From Paraspadella gotoi (Eukaryota > Animalia > Chaetognatha): DNA of 64,000 nucleotides. The position numbers were made by a program, and so were the translations under genes. This document shows, in pieces, positions 57,901 through 64,000 of the stretch. Position 1 is the first letter of the stretch; every line of letters begins with the position of its first letter. Under the pieces are notes generated by a model. The model was not told the origin of the DNA. It made no database searches and saw only the letters and a list, made by a program, of their open reading frames with translations. The stretch lies in contig CM119263.1 of assembly GCA_051294375.1 (NCBI GenBank), forward strand, positions 21,202,268 to 21,266,267, given 5' to 3'.

Positions 57901-60900
57901 TCCCTCTCTCTATCTTTCTTTTCTTTATGCACACAATCTGTTTTAAATTTCACATCTGTTAATGATGAAGAAGGCTTGTACCTAAGCCGAAATATGTACA
58001 GTAGCATCCGTCTAGAATTTCTGAGACGGCAAGCTCTGTAACTCGAGTACAAATGAGAATTTTAAAGAGAGCTTTTGTCTTGATATCGAGTACACATATG
58101 GCTACTCCCCCTTTGGTAAGCCATTGCTCTAACGACCAATTTTTGGACATCAGAACCTATTGTAAAAAGATGCTTCAACCAGATTTGAACCTGAAACCTT
58201 TTCATAACCTTGAAATCCGGCGCGCTAAGCATTCGGCCAAGTGATTTTCCCAAAAAAATTTGTACAAATTAAATTATATAAAGCTGTAGGTTCGCTTTTA
58301 ATTTTTGGGGGAAACAAAAAATTAAACGTTCAAAGGCAGAGATTTCGATATCCGAGTCCCAAGTTTTCCGATTCGTGACAGAACGTCGCAATGACGACGA
58401 TTAATACAAAGAAAGCGAATATCTGGCTTATTTTTAATGTTTGAAATTGAGGAAAAGTCAGTTGCCTCGACGCGACGTTGAACATTTTCACCTGCTTTTA
58501 ATGTTTTATTAAGTGTTTTTTAACTAGTTGCTTATTGTATCAATATTAATAAATAGGCTAATGATTGAGAGAATGAAAGAACGAAATCGTTTCGAAAAAA
58601 GAATAATCTAAGTTTTCGATTTGCATAAAAACAAGTTTGAGCAAACAATGTTCGGATCTGCCTACAATAATTAAGCGTAATAAGCTAATACGATGATAAT
58701 TCTTGGTAATGTTTTCTGACTTTCAATTTACAATCTTAACAGATCATAACACGTTGTAAATAAACAAGTTTGAGCAAACAATGTCGGATCTGCCAACGAT
58801 CATTATCAGTAATTAATTAATTAATAATTAATTCAAGGTAATTTTAATTATTTTGATCCAAAATGTTTGTTTTGATTGATTAATTGACTATTATTGATTA
58901 ATTAATTGACTTATTGATTAATTAACTGATTAATTATTTGATTAATTAATACATCTTGCATTTACATTTAATATAAAAAGCATAATCAATTAGTGAAACA
59001 AGTTTTTTTTTTTCCATTTAAACTCATTTCCACTCAAACGATTCCATCGAAACTTGATTTCCAGTTTAATCACACACTTTCTACCCACATACAAAATTTC
59101 AAGTCAATCTCCCATCCACTCATGAGTAATTGGTGTTTAAATAGTGAATTTTTTTTCCAGATCGACTAAAAGAAAAGAAAAAACCAAAATTTTATATTGA
59201 GGTTTTTGAATTTTTTTTTTAATAACGAGATGGCCGAGTGGTTTAAAACTAAGACTTACGCAGAATGGAATGGTAGGATTCGAATCCCACTCAAGGTAAA
59301 CTATTACAATAAACTGCTATGTCCCAAAAGTGGTCGTAGAGCAATGGCTTACCGAAGGGAGTAGCCATATGAGTACTCGATAACAAGACAAAAACTCTCT
59401 TTCAAATTATCATTTGTACTCGAGTTACAGAGCTTGCCGTCTCAGAAATTCTAGACGGATGCTTCTGTACATTGTAACAAAATAAATCGTTGTTTATACC
59501 AATTTCAAACTCTTCTAATTATCTCTACACAACAAAAAGAAAAGATTACACCACAATGTCTAACAATCTATTTCTAAAATCATGTCATTTAGTAGGTTAG
59601 AATTACAAAAAAACAATATTTTTAAGCTGGAAATTGAAAATGGGGGTCCTAAATATAGTTTTTTAATGAAAGAATTTTTAAAAAAGAATCATACTTTCCT
59701 ATATCAACTTTTTGCAAGAAATCCAAATCCGATGTTAAAATTTTAAAAATTTGCATTTTGAAATTTAAGCCTATTATATACTTATTATTAAATATAAATA
59801 TACTTACTGGTGCACACTAATGTATAAAATTAAAAAATGAATTTACTAAAGTATTTTTATTATTTTTTTTCATGTTTTATATGCTTAATTTTAATTTTCT
59901 AAAATTGTATCATTTTCACATCACTCTATTGTACACTTTTTTTTAACTGTTAATTAAATAATGACCATTTTTTCAAGTATTATAATTAAGTTTATGCCTC
60001 TTTTTAGCTCCGATGTGCCATCATATACCGCACCCCCTCTGTTGGCAGGCCAATACACCCGTCGGGGCGCCATCGCCGTCTGGATCACGTCTGCCCGCTC
60101 TTCAAGGGCATCGGCTTCTCCGTGGTCCTCATGGCCTTCGACGTCGCTTTTTACTAACTCCGGTGTGTGGCTTTTTATTATCTGCTCCAACTTCATTTCC
60201 CTGCCGTGGACACCGTGGAGAACGACTGGAACACGGGTCAGTTTTATTTGGGAAAGTGAGAGGGACTTTGGGACGTGGAGGATGGTAAAGTATGTTATGG
60301 TATGATATGTTATGTCAGGTTATTTTTATATTAAATATGTGTTATGGTAAAAATCGTTAGTTAGTGAGGCGACTTACCGATGTCTTTCTTGAAAAAATAT
60401 ATTCATTTTTTTCATCATTAATTTCTTAATTATTTCATTTATTTATTAATTTTTTTATTGAGATGATCATCTATTAATTTGTTCGTTCTTTCACATTTGA
60501 TAATTCATGCTTCCATTGATTAATGCATTCGGTCAAACATTCATTCATTCATTTATTTATAACTTTTTTGTGTTTTTCATCTCTTTTTCTATTCTCCCAT
60601 TTATTGATCTATTCATTCATTAATTCTTTCATTCATTACTTCGTTCCCCTCCTCCACATCAGAAGAGTGTTGGGAATGGAAATGGAGCACCAACTTTCCA
60701 TCACCGAAGTGACGAGGGCAACGTGACCGGTACGGGTGTGGGTCTGTAGTTTCATCGCCACGTCCTCAGCGTGCAGGAGAGCGAGGGATCTGGGATTTGG
60801 GTGAGTAAGGGCGCGGCGGGCCTGGGTAAGGTGACGGAAGTGAGGCGTGGAAAACTTAAAACTGAGTGAGCTTCTGGTGAATGTTTGGCTTGGTGATTGA

Positions 60901-63900
60901 GAGATATGGAGTTGGTGTGGGTGTGGTGTGTGTGCGTGATATGTTTTGTAGTGTTTAATTTTCACACATATATCCGTAATTTTAAAGCTTACAAGCATAA
61001 AAAGTCGACAGTTATAATTTTTACGAAAACTATGAATCATCGTTATTGCAAAAAGTAAACGAGAACATTGATTGAATCTTGATACAAAAGAAAGATGTTT
61101 TTTCAACAAAAAAAAGAAATAATGGGTCAACATCTACGTCAATAACCTTTACAGTAAACCGGTAAATATCAACGCCCTCTCATGACGAGTGGTGTCTTGT
61201 TTTGTTCCGCGATAATAAAAGTCACGCGTGTGTCTCCTCGTCTCAGGAACTCCGAAATGGCAACTCGTTCTCTGCAATTTTTTCGTCTTTACCAGTCCTG
61301 CTACTTTTCCCTGTGAAAGGGGTCATCTTCGAAGGAGGTCAGGCGGGTAGCGCGGTGTGGGCGATTTCGTACGGGTCTTCTGAGAATAACTATAGTTTGG
61401 CAATAAATAATACGTGAATAAATGAATTTCTTCCTCCATCTCAGTATGCAGTCAACCTTTGCCATCATGTTGCGACCCTGTTGTTGGGTCAACGCCTCCC
61501 TGGTCATATTGTGTGTGTGTGTGCGGTCGCGGCCTGTATATGCCTGCGTCTTCTATGCGATGTTTTCATTGGGTGCTGGAGAGGGACTAGTCTGTGGCAT
61601 CATCCGAAAATCCATGTTGTAAGTCAAAGGAATCCCATCAAAATCAAACATGAATTAAATGTGTGCATGTGTGGTGTCAATAACTAGCTACTAAATTATT
61701 AATTTATAGTCACTCATCATAAATTCATTAAATTGTCAAGGCCTGTTCTGAATCAGAAAAAATCAAGCTGGCACAATATGGTGTATCCATGGCTGTCGAC
61801 TGCGCCACCCGTGGATCGACGCGGCGGTCAAATCTTCTTCTGCCCGGTCGGTGTGGTTGCGTGCATGCGCGGTTCGTGTACAGACAAATTCGACAACACT
61901 GCTACCGCGATGTGCTGGGGAGGCCATCAAGCGCACTTCTCTTCGCCGGTTGAGGGTGAAAGGAATTGAATGAAAATACTGGTAAAAGTGTAGCGTGATG
62001 TAGTGTGTTGAATGTTGGCTGATTTAAAATGTAAATAAAGCTTATTTAAAAAAATAATAAAAGGGATCGTAAAAAGATTTAATCTATGACGGCAAGACTA
62101 AAAGACTCGGATCCGTAGGTTCCGTGGTGTGTGCAGTGTCTGGTTGTCAGTGGCCAGACGGTCGGGCCTTTCCCATCGACAAGGTTCGGACAAGGACCGC
62201 GAACTCGTCTTCATGCGTTATCCCGAGGCCATCGCCACTTTGCCGGATCCTACGTCTGGCGTCGATGCATTCTCATCCTCCTCATCATCTGTGGGTGTGT
62301 GGTGTTGAAATCGCATTGTATAGTGTGATGATGTCGTGTGGTTATCGTATAATAACTTGAGTATCGAGCCACTGGCTTTCCCACTCTCTCTTGGAGTTGA
62401 ATGTTTGGGGGTGCGTGTTGTTTTTATCTGGTCATGTGGTTAGTTTAAATACATATTTTTTCAGGCGTTTTTGTCAGGAAGAAGAAATAAAGTAATCAAA
62501 TGTTCAGTTGTTATTTTATTGTTTGTGGTCCTGTGATTGTGACTCTCGTGCTGTGCTGCTGCTTGTTTTCCTAGTCTCGAGGGCTGGGGACGTGGTCGTC
62601 TCACCGGCCTTTGGACGAGTTTAAGTGGATGCAAAGCGTGAGGTCGGACGTGGTAGATGTGTACTTGTGTCGTTACAGCGCCAGTGCATGTCGTGTGAGG
62701 GCGGTCGTCACGGTTCGTTTTGGGTGAGAAAACTGTTGACGGTGAGACTTTTGTCGTAGGTGATCTTTAGGGTCATATCTTGTGGTAGCGTTTTGTAATG
62801 TGAATCGTGTTCGTGGATTTGATGTTGTAATTGATTAATATTGGTGGCGTATATTCACACCCCTCATGTCCACCATCGTTCAGCAAATTCATGCTCAGGG
62901 GACGCACCATCCAGGCGTTTGTTCCAGTCCACACTTGTGGTTTCACCTAGTCCTAACGAGCTTCCCTCTGCGTTGGCAAAGCTGAGGACCGTCTTAGGGT
63001 AACCGCGTGGACTGCAGGGTCCTGAGGGTCGGAAGCCCCAACAGCCAACAGTGAGATGCCCCATTCCAGATGGCATCACAGGCAACCGGCTGTGCGCCAT
63101 AATATGATAATTTTGTTGTTATGATAGTGGGCTTAGTGGCGAGTGGGCTTTGTAATATAAAAGGAAAAAGAAAACAGTCGGAACTCAGAAGTTGCGAAAA
63201 ATCGAATTGAGAAAAGTGTGTAGGTGGGGGTGAACTTGGGGGTGTGATTTGTGTTAGAGTGTGGGATTTATATAAAAAAAAGAAATACAAATAAAAGAGT
63301 GGGGTGTGGTGTGAGATGTGTGGTTTTGTGTGGCCGGCGTGTGTGTGTGTGGGTGCCAAGCGCTTCTCGCCTGGGTCTACGTTTTGAGATGCGTGTGTGT
63401 GGTCAGAGTGTGTGTGTGTGTGGTCGTTGCACGAGAACAGTTTGTTTCCCCAACTTTTTTACTAGTGTGCGCGTGTGATATGCGAGATAACTGAAAATGC
63501 TAAAACAGATTTTAAACATTGTTGGGTGGGTGTGGTGTGTCGAGTGGGGGGGGTGTGTGTGTGTATTATCCTATCAGCGACATTCAAATGATGCTGCGGG
63601 ATTCAAAGCCGTCCATCTATTTTGGGCGAATTTGCTTGAAGATTTCGTGCTCCACTTTTCCTCCTAACAATAAAGCGTCGCTAGCATTCTGTGAACTGTG
63701 CGTGTGTGATGGCAAAAGTAGGAAGAGAGAGAGAGAGACGAGATGAGAGGCCGCGCGGAGATGAGAGAGAGAAGAGAATACGAGAGAGGGAGAGAGAGAG
63801 AGAGAATCGCTTTTGAAGTTTTGGGACGATAATTTTAAACAGATATAGAGAGTTTTTGTTATTAGCTTTGTGCGGTTTTTTATGTTTTAGTGTGAGGGGT

Positions 63901-64000
63901 GCTTGGGAGGTGTGGGTGTGTGTGTGTGAGTGTGGTGTGTGTGTGTTTCGCAGCGCGACAGCGCGACGTCAAGTGTGTGAAACTTTGTGTGTGTGGGCGC

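Larger units (their letters stand above)
47100..64000 (+). pseudogene. Inverted, indel-rich duplicate of SLC6 exons 1-12 and introns (mirror of ~34640-44400); probably an uncollapsed haplotype or noisy read rather than a true pseudogene
   Basis: Approximate exon copies: 47560-47856, 48139-48222, 48430-48614, 60049-60236, 60663-60800, 61247-61337, 61510-61618, 61790-61948, 62119-62293, 62575-62722, 63350-63400, 63578-63717. Error rate rises toward the ends, with GT-run degradation. Confidence 0.85.

Noticed and set aside
61400-64000. (GT)n-rich tracts as real microsatellites or Z-DNA
   Set aside because: They replace ordinary sequence present in the clean mirror copy, consistent with base-calling degradation.

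Overview
This is AT-rich, microsatellite-rich genomic DNA from an invertebrate animal, taken from a draft assembly with N gaps and error-rich long-read fill. It holds two intron-containing genes. The first is a type IV diacylglycerol kinase (DGK zeta/iota/rdgA family) on +, with 15 recognisable exons at 2087-33295; its 5' exons and C-terminal ankyrin exons are not in the window. The second is a complete 14-exon, 678-aa SLC6 monoamine transporter (octopamine/noradrenaline/dopamine type) on - at 33716-43983. Its stop codon lies only 420 bp past an unresolved DGK splice donor, so it appears to be nested antisense in a DGK intron. Much of the window is duplicated: noisy re-reads at about 3.5-12.2 kb, a 9-kb tandem copy at 19.6-28.6 kb, and an inverted copy of the transporter at 47.1-64 kb. 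The inverted copy carries a 6.4-kb nested transposon stack that is absent from the other copy: a Helentron-type element containing a hAT-like element, which contains a TA-flanked MITE, which contains an inverted pair of hammerhead motifs. Also present are Penelope-like GIY-YIG retroelement fragments with minimal hammerhead motifs, tRNA-derived SINEs, and an unexplained ~260-nt multi-hairpin intronic element. All coordinates and family comparisons were made by eye and from memory, without alignment tools.
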